64,000 nt of DNA from Octopus sinensis (taxonomy: Eukaryota), in NCBI RefSeq assembly GCF_006345805.1, contig NC_043002.1:68572001-68636000 (forward strand), read 5' to 3'. The notes beneath the pieces are model-generated. The model was not told the origin of the DNA and ran no database searches. It worked only from the letters and a program-made list of their open reading frames with translations. The translations under genes and the position numbers were made by a program. Below, piece after piece: positions 13,201 through 28,200 of the stretch (positions are counted from its first letter, which is position 1; each line of letters starts with the position of its first letter).

Positions 13201-16200
13201 CAGTATCTTCATTCAAATGCTGTTGTGCTTCCATGAATAAGAAAGTCTTCTTATGTTGTAACTTCTTTTCTTGAACTGCCAGACTTTGGAACTCTCTTCC
13301 ATCTCATTGTTTTCCCTCTTCTTATGACCTGAACTCTTTCAAGTCTAAAGTAAACTCATTCTTTTCGTCTTAATTTCTCCTTCTTCATAGTTCCTTGCAC
13401 TAAGTGGCTTTTCACCTTCTTTGGGATTTTCAATAAAAAATAAAAAATAAACAAAGATATTCTTTTAGTGGGGTGGCCCAATACATGATGAGTAATCTCT
13501 CACTGATAGAAAAAAATGTTGCCCATACTTAAGGACGTTTCTATATTAACTAGTTCTTGTTTTAAATTCTGAATACAAAGAACTAATATCATCAGTGGTT
13601 TCTTGAGTTTGGGACTATATTCAAGATTACTTACTTTATCCTGAGAGAATTTTTTGATTTGAATTTCTGCACTATGCGAGGGTTAGTTGTTGACTGCAAA
13701 GATGTGCTACGACAATTCTGTAGTGAATATGTGGTACTTGTGTCTGCGGTGATGAATTTATCTCTTAGTTTGTTCAGACGGTTTTGAATCTTCTCACATT
13801 GGTTATCTTTGTTATAACTGGAAACCAGAAGATGTATTGCAGTGTTAGACAATATAAAAGACAGACATGTGGTAGTGAGTACAATACAATGGACAGACAG
13901 ATATGTAGTAAGAACATGTAGTACACTGTAACATCAGACATGTGCTTGTGTCAGATAACATAACAGACTAACATGTGGTAATGTCACACACTATAACAGA
14001 TAGATTTGTAATAGTATGAGACAATATAATAAACGTAAGTTAGTGTCAGGTAATACAATAGGCATGTGGTATTATCATGTAACAGACATGTGGCAAGCTG
14101 GCAGAAGATTAGCATGCCAGGTGAAATGCTTAGCTGTATTTCATCTGTCTTTACATTCTGAGTTCAAATTCCACTGAAGTTGACATTGCCTTTCACCTTT
14201 TCGGGGTCGATAAATTAAGTACCAGTTGTATACTGGAGTCGATCTAATCGACTGGCCCCCTCCCCCAAAATTTCGAGCCTTTTGCCTAGAGTACAAAAGA
14301 ATATCAAACAACAGACAGTCATGTGGTAGTATCATACAATATAACAAACATATGGTAATATCAGATATTATAGCAAAGAAACATAGTATATTAACATGCA
14401 ATAACTGTTAATAGTTAACATAGTAGCTAATATTAAGTCAGTATAGTTACACATAATACATAGTACCAACAGCAAATAAAGTGTAGAAGCTGGTATTAAC
14501 AGTTACTATAATTAAATGTAGTAGCTTGTATACAGTCCTGCAAGGTGCTGTGTTTTGCAAGTGTGATAATAAAAGAAAGAGTTACCAAATGCCAGGAAAA
14601 CGAGCTTCTCGACAATGTGGCCATTTCATAAGACAGGTTTCATATTCATCGTTAAGGGCAGGAAACACGTAGCTGCGCAGGTTATGCTATAAGAATATAT
14701 GGCAAACACAAAGCTTAATATAAAATTCTTTAAATGTAGCTGAGTTGCCTCATTAGTAACAGAATATAGAAACTAAGTGGATAAAGTTTTGTAGGTTTTG
14801 TGACAAGATTCTAGATAGAACATGGCAAAATCCCAGATTTGTTAAAGATCTATCTTCTTTTGTTAGAGATCTATATGGAACTATCCAGATTTGCTAGAGA
14901 ACTATCTTGTTTTACTTATTTACCAATGCATTGAATTAAAATATAACAACAGAAGGGGTTCCTCCAAAGGAGTAATGTTATTTGATAGAATGCATAACTT
15001 GGAGATCAGAGAGGTGCTCCAGGTAGAGCCATTACTTCTCTGAATTAAGAGATCACTGCTCTGATACTATGGACAGGTGGTTAAGGATGTCTCAGGGAAA
15101 GAATTGCTGGGTAATCTATGGGCAAAAACAACTGGCAGAAGAAGGGCTAGATCACAAACAAGATGGGTGGCTAACATCCTTGAGCTTGGTTGGTCTCACT
15201 TGGGAATCCAGCTAAATTAATTGGAGATGGTTGCTTCTGACAGAACCTGATGAGAGGCTTGAGTGAGGACTCTGTCCCCATGATTCTCCCAAGAATAAGT
15301 GGGTGAAGATGAGATGAGAAGAGATACTGAAGAACTAGTTCATAGTTAGAAATAACCTGTATCCATTCCTCCTAAGCTATGCATTTTGCAACTGTATTTC
15401 TTACATTTTATGGCAGTACCAGCTATAGATATAATCATTCAGTCTCAGGTCAGCTCTGATTGAGTAGATCTATGGTCCAATGTGTTCCAGCCATGACCAT
15501 TCCATTTTTTTTTCTCAAGCATACTATATCTAGGACTACATTCATTACCCAATACATTGTTCATTTTGTAAGACAGTATGATATGATTTAATGACTATTT
15601 GACTGCTGTTTCTAAACAAGCATGTTGGCTCAATCAATGCCAATTCTTAAAGCAGCTTAAAGGCACACCCAAAGGACAAGTGGTGGTATTAAACCAGCAA
15701 TGGATTTAGTTTCCAATTCAAGAACAAGTGCAAATTTCCTTAACGTTTCTGTGTAATAAATTTGTTTCACAAGACTTAGGCTGAGTTGAGGTTTGGCAGA
15801 AGATATTTATCCAGTTGTTCTACTGATGGTTCTATTCTACTGTTCCCTTCAAAGTAAATAAGCCCAGGAATTCGGAGTGAGTGAACAGTTAAATACATTA
15901 ACTCAATATTTGATTGATACTTATTTTACCAACTCTGGAAAGATGAAATGTAAAATTGAACTTGAAAGACAGGGTAGAATTCAGATTGTAAAGAGACTTA
16001 ATAAAATACTGTGAAATATTTTCTCCACAGCTCTACCAATTCTTTCAATTTTAGACCATCTTAGTCATAACTTGGAATTTGATATTTTAAGAAAGCTGTT
16101 TGAACAATATTCTCCCTCTACCAGTCATACTACAGTATCCTGCATTTGTGTTATATTTAAAGATAAACAGTTTGTCACCTTCCAGTCACTGGTTTGTTAA

Positions 16201-19200
16201 AATAATTTTCTTAACTTTTCCTTTTTCCCCCTTTTATTGACAATATCCTTGGCTCTTCCTTTAGTTGCTGGCTATATTTTAGCTTTCATTAAATTACTTT
16301 ACTGTGCTCTTCTCTCTGGATCATATTCCTCTTGGCCCACGCCAAACAATATTCATGGTATTTCTTGAGCAGAATGACATTTTCAACTGTTTCTCCTGCC
16401 AATGTATTCTTATCTTTTACAAACACTCAGTCATTCACAAACAATATCAGTTTTATCAAACTCAGTCCCATCAATTCATAATCCAAGTTAGCTTCATCAA
16501 GTTACAGCTCCATATTTTCTTTCCATTATATAAAAACTATCTACTGTCCTTACAGTAATTTTTGTATTTCACTAAAGTTTTTCATTATGAATTAAATTAG
16601 CAACTGAACAAACTGAAGTTATTAGTAGAAAAGAAGATTCCAAGCTATCTAGATGTTTTATATATAGTCTACTCTTCCATTGTATATAATATGTAGCAAA
16701 GGGAACGCAATACTTAAAACATTTCAACAACTTCAAATTGGTTAAAGACAAGATATTCTTCATACTTGGCTCAGTAAAGGAGTCAAAGAAAAACTGGTTG
16801 CCAATCCATCATCTTGGAAGTGACTCAAAATTTCTTCAATTTCAGTTGGAACAACATCTGAGATAAAAGAAAGTAAGGAATACTATAACATAACACACAA
16901 CATTCCAACAAAATATACAGTATTTATACACACGTTTTAAGGACATTTTTTGCATGGGTGTAAATATAATACAGAAACATAAAAATAGTGTTGGTCAATG
17001 AAATTCAAAAGTACTTTCCATCTTGAAGAAGTGGGGAAATAAAATAGTTGTAATAGTTGAAATCGAAATTGAACCAAATTTGATGACTGGCACCTGTGCC
17101 AGTGGAGCGCTAGCAGCTCCATCCGAGCGGGAACACTGCCAGAGCGGTTGTCAGGCTTCAATGCCGGTGGCACGTAAAAAGCACCATTTAAGCGTGATCG
17201 TTACCAGCGTTGCCTTACTGGCACGTGAACAAAACATTTGAGCGAGGTCATTGCCAGTGCTCCTGGACTGACTCCTGTGCAGGTGGCACGTAAAAAACAC
17301 CATTTGAGCATGCCATTGCCAGTACCGCCAGACTGGCCCTTGTAAAAGCACCCACTGCACTTTCAGAGTGGTTGGCGTTAGGAAGGGCATCCAGCTATAG
17401 AAATTCTGCCAGATCAGATTGGAGCCTGGCACAGCCATCTGGTTCGCCAGTCCTCAGTTAAATCGTCCAACCTATTCTAGCATGGAAAGTGGACGTTAAA
17501 TGATGATGATGTAATAACTCTTCTAGAAACATATGAACAAGGAGGGTACATAAAAATATTGCAGGATTAAAGCCAATGCAAAATCCACCCAAGTTGTTAT
17601 TATAATAGGGAAAAACAGGCTTTAAAATTATGAAGACAATACTCTGAACTGGATAATAAACATAGTCATCTTCACCTGTAAACATGTACGTTTTTGGAAC
17701 CTTTTTAAACATGTATTACTACAGGCAGACAAAACAGCCTCAATGTCATCATTTGACCAGCTAGAAATAAACAAGTGTCACTGCCATACAAGTAATGTCA
17801 TTTAATTTCAATGTGGGGAAATATTACATTGCTTGGAAACAAGCGTGAGTTGTTGACAGGAAGAGCAGCCAGCCATAGAAAATCTGCTTCAATAAACTCC
17901 ATTTGACTCATTCCAGTATGGAAAAGTGAATGTCGAAACAATGCTGCTGATGATATATTTTATTGCTATTTATTGAAATGCTAAGTTACAAGACATAAGG
18001 CAACATAATGTAAAAACTGGAGTAAATGCACATCTACATTGACCCATATAGATGTCTGAGGTTAATAGAAGGGACATGGTCAGTGACACAGAAGTATAAT
18101 GTTTGTCCTTGCACATACATGCACAGTTTCTGAATACCACTCACAAGGTGTTGCTCAACTCAAGACTGTAGTAGAACATTTACCTAAGACACTACTATGC
18201 AGTGAAATCGAAGTCAAAATGATGTTCAATTTTTACACATAATGAAACAGATATAAAGAATGTTTCAAAAAGTGATTATATTTGAGATTAGACAATGTGA
18301 AAGTCTAACAAACATCTGTTCAATAAAAAGAAGTATGAGTGGGGAGGTGGTGGGAATACATACTATGTGGTTTAGAATTCCCATTAACTTACCTTGAAGA
18401 GGAACATAAGGTGATGACAATGACATGCTGTCAAATGATCGAAAACGGCAAATGGTCTTTTTCATGGATTCTAGTTGCTGGATGTAACGTTTTTCTGGCC
18501 ATTGTGCACAATTAGGTAGGTCAAGTTCTTGAAATAGTGAACCATAAATATAAATGAAAATAACAAAAGAAAAAAAATCACCATATTTATTTATGAACAT
18601 TGAATTCTTGGGAAAATATCTCTTGTAGATAATACACATTGACATTTTTTGAGTATTACACTGTATGGCAAAGGGAGTGTTTAGCTAGATTTATTATAAT
18701 TGCTGTATAAAATACACTGCAAATATTTGTGTAACTTAAATGACACAAAGCACAAATTTGAAAATGAACTTTGAACTTTACCACAATAGGTCATAAAAGT
18801 GCACCTAACTTTAAAGCCAACAGTATGGAAATAATACAATTATATTTTCCATGAAAAAATAAAAATAAATATGTGTTTGGAAACCCTAAAGTGTGTTGCT
18901 TTTCTATGAAGGACAACCTTTCTAACCTTGCCAACTATCACTCTGCTGCAGCCACATCCAATGAGGGATGTTGGTTGTATTTTTTGATGTTGAAGATGAA
19001 AGTCAATCTTTGTGATGCAGTCTTTGAAATATTGAGGATGACGGGTATGCAACCAAGAAAGATCCTCAGTGATGGTGAAGCATAGCATCTGTAGTGCTTA
19101 TATTGAGGGTTCTAGTTGAGTAATGTTCATGTCTAAGGGCCAAACTGTTTTCTTGATAAATGCAATGAATGTGCCTTTAAGTTGTTGAAGGAGACAACAC

Positions 19201-22200
19201 TGGCATAGCATGATTCATTGGAAGATGTTTCAGAGGTCTCTGTCGATGGAGTCAGTGCAGATTTAACATAGGATGTCTAGATTGTGTGTGGATGATAATT
19301 TGATGCCTGAAGTGTAGAGAGGAACGAAATGTATAATCTGCATAGAAGTGGATGTTGTTGGTGACAAAGTAAATCACTGATGTATAAGAGACACATCAGA
19401 ATTGATAGAGCATGGACAAGAGAGCTCTATCAGCACAAACCAGGTAATCTGATAACATTACCAATCCAAGAAACAAGAGATGCAACCTTTTTTGCTAGGA
19501 AATCCACAATGGTGAAATGAGGTATATATGCTTGATGCAGGAAATGATATTGTCAAAAAGTTGTTGGTGGCTGGAAGAATTCAAAAATGGTAGAAGTGGT
19601 AGATGTATTTAGAGATACATTTTGAAAGGGTCTCTGAATGGAAATCCTTGGAAAATCAAAAGTGTAAATTCTTCGTAAAAAATAGCATCATGTCATTGAG
19701 TAAAATACCTCTTTTACTTGTTTCAGTCATTTGACTGTGGCCATGCTGGAGCACTGCCCTTAGTCGAGCAAATCGACCCCAGGACTTAATCTTTGTAAGC
19801 CTAGTACTTAGTCTATCGGTCTCTTTTGCCAAACCGCTAAGTTATGGGGGCGTAAACACACCAGCATCGGTTATCAAGCGATGTTGGGGGGACAAACACA
19901 CACACACACACATATATATATACACATACATATATATGATGCACTTCTTTCAGTTTCCATCTACCAAATCCACTCACAAGGCTTTGGTCGGCCCGAGGCT
20001 AAAGTAAAAGACACTTGCTCAAAGTGCCACGGAGTGGGACTGAATCTGGAACCATGTGGTTGGTAAGCAAGCTACTTATCACACAGCCACTCCTCAGCTT
20101 TTGGCTAGACCTTTTAAATTGTCCCTCAAGTTGCAAAAGAGGCTTACCACTCAACTGACATCTGGATGGTAAAGTATCAAATGGTTGAAAGCAGTCTTTA
20201 TGGTTAAGTTTAGATTTCAAGTTTTCCAGAAACTTCTGCTGTACATTGGCAAGGAGTTGGAAGAGTTCTCTTGGTTGTGTTGAAGGAACTGCCAGAGAAT
20301 CTGTAAGATCATCTAAATAAAAAGCATTTTATTTGTTGTAATAATAATAATTATAATAATAACAATACTAATCCTTATGTCAAAATTTGAAACCAATAAT
20401 ACTGCTTTATAGCTTGTGAAGACCTGCTGAGGCAAGTGAAATTGAAATCAAATTTGATGACTGGCATCTGTGCTAGAGGAGCGCTAAGAGCACCATCGAA
20501 GCGGGATCACTGCCAGAGCAGCTGTCTGGCTTCCGTGCCGGTGGCATGTAAAAAGCACCATTCAAGCATGATCGTTACCGGCATTGCTTTACTGGCACTT
20601 ATGCTGGTAGCACATGAAAAACACCATTTGAGTGTGGCCGTTGCCAGTACCGCCTGACTAGACCTCAAGCTGGTGGCACGTAAAAGCACCCACTACACTC
20701 TCCGAGTGGTTGGTGTTAGGAAGGGCATCCAGCTGTAGAAACTCTACAAGATCAGATTGGAGCCTGGTGCAGCCATCTGGTTCGCCAGTCCTCAGTCAAA
20801 TCGTCCAACTCATGCTAGCATGAAAAGCGGCCATTAAACGATGATGATGATGACTAACTTTTTTTCATGCTAGCATGAATGGGATAATACAATTATTGGA
20901 AGAAAATCTATTTTTCAACAGCTGGATGCCCTTCCGACTCTTAACCACTGAAACTATGAAGCAGGAATAAAACTGGTCTTTTTTTTTGTTCAATCAGGTA
21001 AACTAGAGCAAACAGTGTTAATGATCTTGCTTAAGAGTTATAAAAGTGTGGATATGAAATCCTGTGGTTAATAGTCCAGCACTTTAACTACAGTCATTGC
21101 AATTGAAATGACAAAAGATATAAAAAGCAATTTGTCAAAGAAATAGGATAGAATCACAATACCTTTCAGATGATTTTTTACAGCCATGGCTTGAATTTTA
21201 GTTAAGTAAGTATTGACTTTAGAGAGTATCTTCCCATTAAATACAGGTAGAGCTGGAAAACTTACATCAGAACAGTTAATGAGAGGTGGGCAGTAGCTCT
21301 GATGTAAAAGATCAAATATTTCACCATCAAGTTCTGCAGCTGAACGCATCATATAAGCATCAATACAATAATGGCCTGGTGTATCGACCTCCATACTAGA
21401 GTCAGAACTATTTGGCTTGTACGAATGTTTTTGAGGAACCAAGACGAAAAGCATGAGTTCACCATCTTTGCTGTTACTGGTATATATGATATCTGGAACA
21501 ATAGAAAATAAATATTGTGATAATATATAAACAATAACCATACAAAATAAGTATATTACACAGTTGTTATAAAGTTCAGCAAATGAATCATTAGGAAGAG
21601 TAACAATATAGGGATACGATATAGCTAATAAGGCAGGATCAGAGGGAAAAGGAGTGCCTGAGTGGCAATGGCACAAGACCTGCTGACTCCAAAATACAAC
21701 TGCGACTGTAGGAGGTGCAGTGGTGTGGGAAGAAGTCTTCTTCCCAACCACATGGGTCCAGGTTCAGCCCCACTGTGTGGAACCTTGAGCAAGAGTCTTC
21801 TATTATAGCTCAGGGTTGACCAAAGCCTTGCGAGTGGATTTGGTAGATGGAAACTGAAAGAAGCCCATTGTATATGTGTGTGTCTGTATTTATCCCCCAC
21901 CACTGCTTGACAACCGATGCTGGTGTTTTTACATCCCTGTAACTTAGCAGTTCAGCAAAAGAGACTGATAGCATAAGTATCAGATTTTAAACAAATAAAT
22001 ACTGGGGGTGATTCATCTGACTAAAAATTATTCAAGGTGGTGCCCCAGCATGGCCACAGTCTAATGGCTAAAACAAGTAAGAGACAAAAAAGATTAAAGA
22101 CAGAGACAGCAGAATAAGGAGACAGTGTATCTGTAGGCCAAAGGTTGGAATGTGTCAGCAGCAACTTCAAACCAGTCTTTTTGAGGGATGTGATCTAGAA

Positions 22201-25200
22201 TATCTGTATATCCGAAATTTACAGTACATCTAGTTCCAAATTGATTATGCTCACCCACTCTTGTAAAATGTATAAAGCCATGTATCTTCTCTATGGCAAG
22301 AAAACTGTTCTGGCCCCTTCCTTCATATTTTAAATCTTTCATCTTTCATCACCTAGCATAAAAACTGCCTACCTCTCTACTTTCAAAGGGGGATCTTAGT
22401 CTTGCAAGTTACATGGTGACTTCACTAGTGCTACTGCTACAAAAAAGCATTCAGTACACTCTGTAAAGTGGAGGCACATGGCCTAGTGGTTAGAGCAGTG
22501 GACTTGCGGTCGAGGGATCGCGAATTGAAATCTCAGACCGAGTGATGTGTGTGTTTATGAGCGAAACATCTAAGCTCCACATGACTCTGGCGGAAGGTAA
22601 TGGTGAACTTCTGCTGACTCTTTCGCCACAACTTTCTCTCACTCTTGCCTCCTGCATCTTGCAGCTCACCTGCAATGGACCGGCATTCTGTCCAGGTGGG
22701 AAACCTATACGCCAAGGAAACTGGGAAACCAGCCCTTAAGAGCCAGGCATGGCTCGAGAAGGAACAAACAAACATCCTGTAAAATGGTTGGTGTTCATAA
22801 GGGTATCCAATCATAGAACCCATGCCAAAGTAGACATTATGGTACAGTGCAGTCCTCTAACTTGTTAGACCCTGTCAACCCATACAGCCCATGCCAGTGT
22901 GCTAGATGGATGTTAAAAGATGATGGTGATAATGAGGATGAGGATCATGCTCTAAAAAAACTTAGGTATATGATACATATATTTCAAGATTATTGGTTTG
23001 ACACCTGAACAGACTTACCCTGGGTAAAGTCAGCTAGGATGTATTCTTTCCAAGCTACTGTGTTCAGCTCTGAAGTTTTATAGGATGCAACCACATGATC
23101 AGCAGAGTATTTAGATACAGCTACTATTATTGCAAGCTGGTAATATAGAAAATATATCAAAAGATTTATTTGTCCTAAGACTGACACAAAACATTTTCAA
23201 GAAATACCTCATAAATTTCTTTAGTTGAAAAAAAAAAAAAAGAACCAACAAAAAACATACATGCCTGTAGTTGACCACATAAGTACAATGATTGCAAAAA
23301 AAAAGAAAAGATTATACTTAATAGAGAAATATAAACATTTAGGGATGAAGAACTAAGAGGATGATATAAATGATTAACAAAAGGTGGATGTGACTGGGAT
23401 GAGCAGAAATGGGGTGTTTCAAACATTTTACAGAATGGAAATGATGTGGGCATGAAAAAAGTAGTATATTCCATAGATGTTCGGGAAAGTGTGTGTGTAC
23501 TCACACACATACTTTATGGTATCTCATTAATATCTTTTCATCTACCAGTGTTTGTTATTAGTGTCTGTAATGGGAAAACTAAAAGATCAAACCCTCTGTA
23601 TTTATAAAATTTGGGGAGCTCACTCCAACACACATATCTGTGGAAAATTTGTATATTCATTCAGACTCAGCATTTTACAGGTATTTATTTCATCAATATC
23701 AGAGAAATAAAAAGCAATGTCAAGCTTAGCAGAATATGAACTCTGATCAATGATGTATTAAAATTTGAATACCTCTAAGAATTAAGTCCAACTTTCGACT
23801 GTCTCAGCCTTTTTCACCATCTCTCTCACTTTTATATTTTTTAACTAGTTTCATTATTGGGTTGCAATCACACTGAGGCATAAAATTCAAAGAATTTCGT
23901 CAATCATATGAACCTCTAGTATTTATTTCAGCCTGATACTTATTTTATTGATCTTTATTCATTGAACTGCTAAGTCATGGTTTTGACATAAGCAGATGCA
24001 ACTCAACGCCTGTTTGCAGCTATAAACATACCCCAACCCCAACACACACACACACACAAAGGGCTGCCACAGCTTCTGCCAACCATAAGTTATTGGTTAA
24101 CCTGAGGTGACCCGAGGAGAAGCAGGAACAACTTTATGCTTAGCAGATAAGGAGCAAAAGATGAGTAAAAGTGTGAGAGAAGGGGCCAAAGTAGAACAGG
24201 TTTTGTGCTATAGAGGAGCTATATGACTACTCAGATTTTAGAGGAGTGAGAGGAATTATCAAGAGGAATCAGAGAGAGAGAGAGATGGAGAAATTTTCTG
24301 CAATGCATGGCACCTTGGGCAAGTTTCTTCTACTATGGACCTGGGTCGACCAAAAGCCTTGTGAGTGGATTTGGTAGACGGAAACTGAAAGAAGCCTGAA
24401 AGAGACGTGCAACCAAACGCATACCCTCCATCAGACACCTACCATATTCTGAGCGCCTTGTTTCCCTGGGCATGGATTCACTGAAGCTCCGGCGTCTGGC
24501 GACGGACTTGGTAAACACCCACAAAGTTATCAACCACCTCACCAACAACAACACTGAACACCTTTTTGATCTCCATGTGTCTAACACACATGGACATGCC
24601 TACAAAGTCAGAAAACAACACAGCTCCCATGACTTTTGGAAACATTTTTTCACGCTCAGAGTTGCTGAAGCATGGAATAAACTGCCTGCGTCAGTTGTTG
24701 ACTGCCATGACACTGCATCCTTTAAGGCCCTCATGCTTTCCGAAATCCGCTGAAACTACACCTGATTATATATACACTTAAGTTGAGTTGTAGTGCACCT
24801 GAGCACTGTACACAATTATTATTATTATTATTATTATTATATGTATATATGTGTGTGTGTGCGTGTGTGTGTGTGTGTGTGTCTGTGTCCCCCCCCCCCA
24901 ACATCACTTGACAACTGATGCTGGTGTGTTTATGTCCCCGTAACTTAGTGGTTCAGCAATAGAAACCAATAGAATAAATACTAGGCTTACAAAGAATAAG
25001 TCCTGGAATCGATTTGCTCGACTAAAGGCAGTGCTCCAGCATGGCCGCAGTCAAATGACTGAAACAAGTAAAAGAGTAAAGTCTAATTTTCACAATCAAT
25101 GAATGATAAAGATGATATTAATTGTGATAGCAAAAGTGATAATTAACAGAACTAATGGCAGTGAAGCTTTTAAAACTGTTTTACATCTTTTTTTCTCATG

Positions 25201-28200
25201 CTTCTATTGATGTCAAATTTTCTTGTTGGCATTGCACCATAAGAATCAAGTCAAAGCTGACTGGTGCATGGTGCAGCTCTCCGGTTTACCAGTTCCAGTC
25301 AAACCGTTTGATGCTAAATGGTGGTGGTGGTGGTGGAGGTGGTGATGATGATGTAGTAGTGGTGGTGGTGGTGGTGGTAGTAGTAGTAGTAGTAGTATGA
25401 AAGCATATAATTGAAGCAATTGTTATTAGAGTGCTGATCGCTAAATTGAAAAACTGGAGTGGAATCTGTCAGCAAAAAAAAAAAGACTATGGAATCAAAC
25501 AAAGTTGTTTACCAGAGGATATAGTCACACACAACATCTCTTCTACAATAAGATTTGAACTAATGTCCAAGTGGTCAGGTAGTCCAGTACTATAACTGAT
25601 ATACCCGAATAATGATGATGCTAAAAATGTACAAAATATTTACTTACTTGGTCACAGTTTGATAAATATTCCAGAATTTGATGGGACTTTTCATTTTGAT
25701 TCAGCAATACACTGGCTGCGAGTTATGGAAATGAACATCATTCTTTTTAAGCCCATTTTTCTTTTGCTTGCATGGGTTAGACAAGATTTCTTGATGCAAT
25801 GTTCTATGGTAAAATATATGCTTTTCGGCTTTTGTTCTAAATATATTGCTATTATAGATTACTTTAGCTGATTACATACATCCAAATCAGTTCCGCTTGG
25901 ATTTACTACAATGTAAATATGTGTTGGAAGTTAACAGTCTGTTATTAATTGAATTCTTAATTGCTGTGTATTTATTCTTTGATATTTATACATCAATCTT
26001 TTATATGGATATAGAAAAGTATTTTAGTCTACTGATCTCACATGTTGAATGGCCAAGTAGTTATCAATGCGAAGACATGCAGAAAGACACAGACACAGAC
26101 ACACACACAAAGACAGGGAATCTAATTTTGTATACACATTTTGTTGGCCTGAGAGAAAGTACTACTGGAATAATATTTACTAACTAGAGTGTAATCTAAT
26201 TACTAAACAGCAGTAAGAACTTCATTTGCATTCCTTCTTAGTAATGTATGCCTCATTTGTATAACAGATATTTCTGAAATGTAAATAATGAATATGAAAG
26301 TAGGTATGATTGTCTAATGTGCAAATGAAGGATCAGAAATTGAATATGCCAAATCGCATATCAACAGAAAGCAGACACATCTAAAATAAAACTAAAGGAC
26401 CATTCAACAAAAAAAAGGGCCCAAAGAAAAGTATTACATAAATAATAAAATACTGAAATTTCACAAGTAACATGACTTAAAGTTAAAGGATACAGTTTAA
26501 ATACTTGAGGACGAATGGCAAAATGAGGAATTGTGTGTACATCGACAATGTCGAGGATTTTCATGTGTGAACCAAGTCTTAGATGATTCTGTTAAAAAAT
26601 ATAAATAATCTCCAGAATGGTTTGGTAATTTAGTGGTTAAATAAAACACATATTATGTTCCTGTTGATATTTATTCAAAGGTCACTGAAAGTTGCTTTAT
26701 TATATGTTTTTATGATATGTCTTAATCTAAAACAAATACTGATGTTTCTTGAATAATGACCAATAAACAATGTTTCAAATGTTACTCCAATAACAAAATT
26801 TATAAATTACCAATTAATGAGGCAGATTCTGCATGATTACTTGCATTGCTAGAAATAACAACCAAATCTCTTTTGCTGCAATTTTCCTTAGTTCATTATA
26901 AATTTTCAATAGAATATACAGCTGGTAATTATTTTATGATAATTAAAAAGTCAATTACTTTTAGCAGCAACTGACCCATGCAGCACTAAGATTTATGTTC
27001 AAACTAAGGATCAAACTCAGCACCAAACTGACTGTTCTACTCTACAAGATGATAAAACAACAGAGGGGGTCTCTATCTAGTTGCTTGACAAGTTATAAAT
27101 AGCAACAAAATATCTCTCAACTCACACTCTGTTGTATTAAGGAAAAGGCTCATGAAACAATATAACCATACATGCCCCTAAAGAAGACAGGATGGTCATG
27201 GTTGGAATTCCTTTGATCATAGGTTTGCTCACTGGAGCTGAGCAACAATAATAAGAGTCAATGAAAGAGCTGGTTTATGGCAGCTCAGCTTGTTATTAAT
27301 AAGAACCAAAGCTCCCGTACATCATACCCTCATCTTAGAAAAGGAAGGACACATGGGATGGCATGAATATAAATATATTCTTTTTCTTCATCATTCTCCC
27401 CTTCCTCCTTCCTTAGTGTCCACATTCTCATGATTGCATGGGCCAGACAGAGTTTACTGAAACTAATTTTCTAAATCTGGATGCCCCTTCTTATTGCCAC
27501 CTGTACCTGTTTCCAAGCAAGTAATATTTCCCCAATAGCCAAGTATGTTTTCACAAAATGACATTACTTGGATAATAGTGACACTCATTTACAACTATCA
27601 GGCGATATCAGAACAAGACATAGATATAAACATACTCTCATACGATGAGCTTCTTTCAGTTTCTTAATTCTTTATTGCCCACAAGGGGCTAAACATAGAG
27701 AGGACAAACAAAGACAGACAAAGAGATTAAGTCGATTACATTGACCCCAGTGCGTAACTGGTACTTAATTTATTGACCCCAAAAGGATGAAAGGCAAAGT
27801 CAACCTCAGCGGAATTTGAACTCAGAATGTAACGGCAGACGAAATACGGCTACGCATTTCGCCAGGCATGCTAACCCTTCTGCCAGCTCGCCACCTTGGG
27901 CTTCTTTCAGTTTCTGTCTACCAAATCCACTCACAATGTTATTTGATTGGCTCTGGGCTATAGTAGAAGACACTTGCCCACAGTGCCTTGCAATGGGACT
28001 GAACTTGAAACCATACCTCATGATTAGGAAGTAAACTTCTTAACCACAAAACCTATATCCATGCTTTGCTCAAAGAGAAAAATCGCCACGACTGGAATAC
28101 ATATTATCATAGATTTGTTGATTGAGGCAATTTGGGAACTAAATAACAATAATAACAAGAGCCTTTAATATAAATTGTTCTATAGTCATATATATATATA

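Noticed and set aside
21493-21751. 5' part of ORF 21068..21751 as coding
   Set aside because: Intronic: it includes a SINE head and lies upstream of the clear acceptor at 21493-21494.
22094-22342. 82-aa minus-strand ORF as an MTBP exon
   Set aside because: The nearest acceptor gives stops in all frames, and flanking exons 23019 and 21492 already join in phase.
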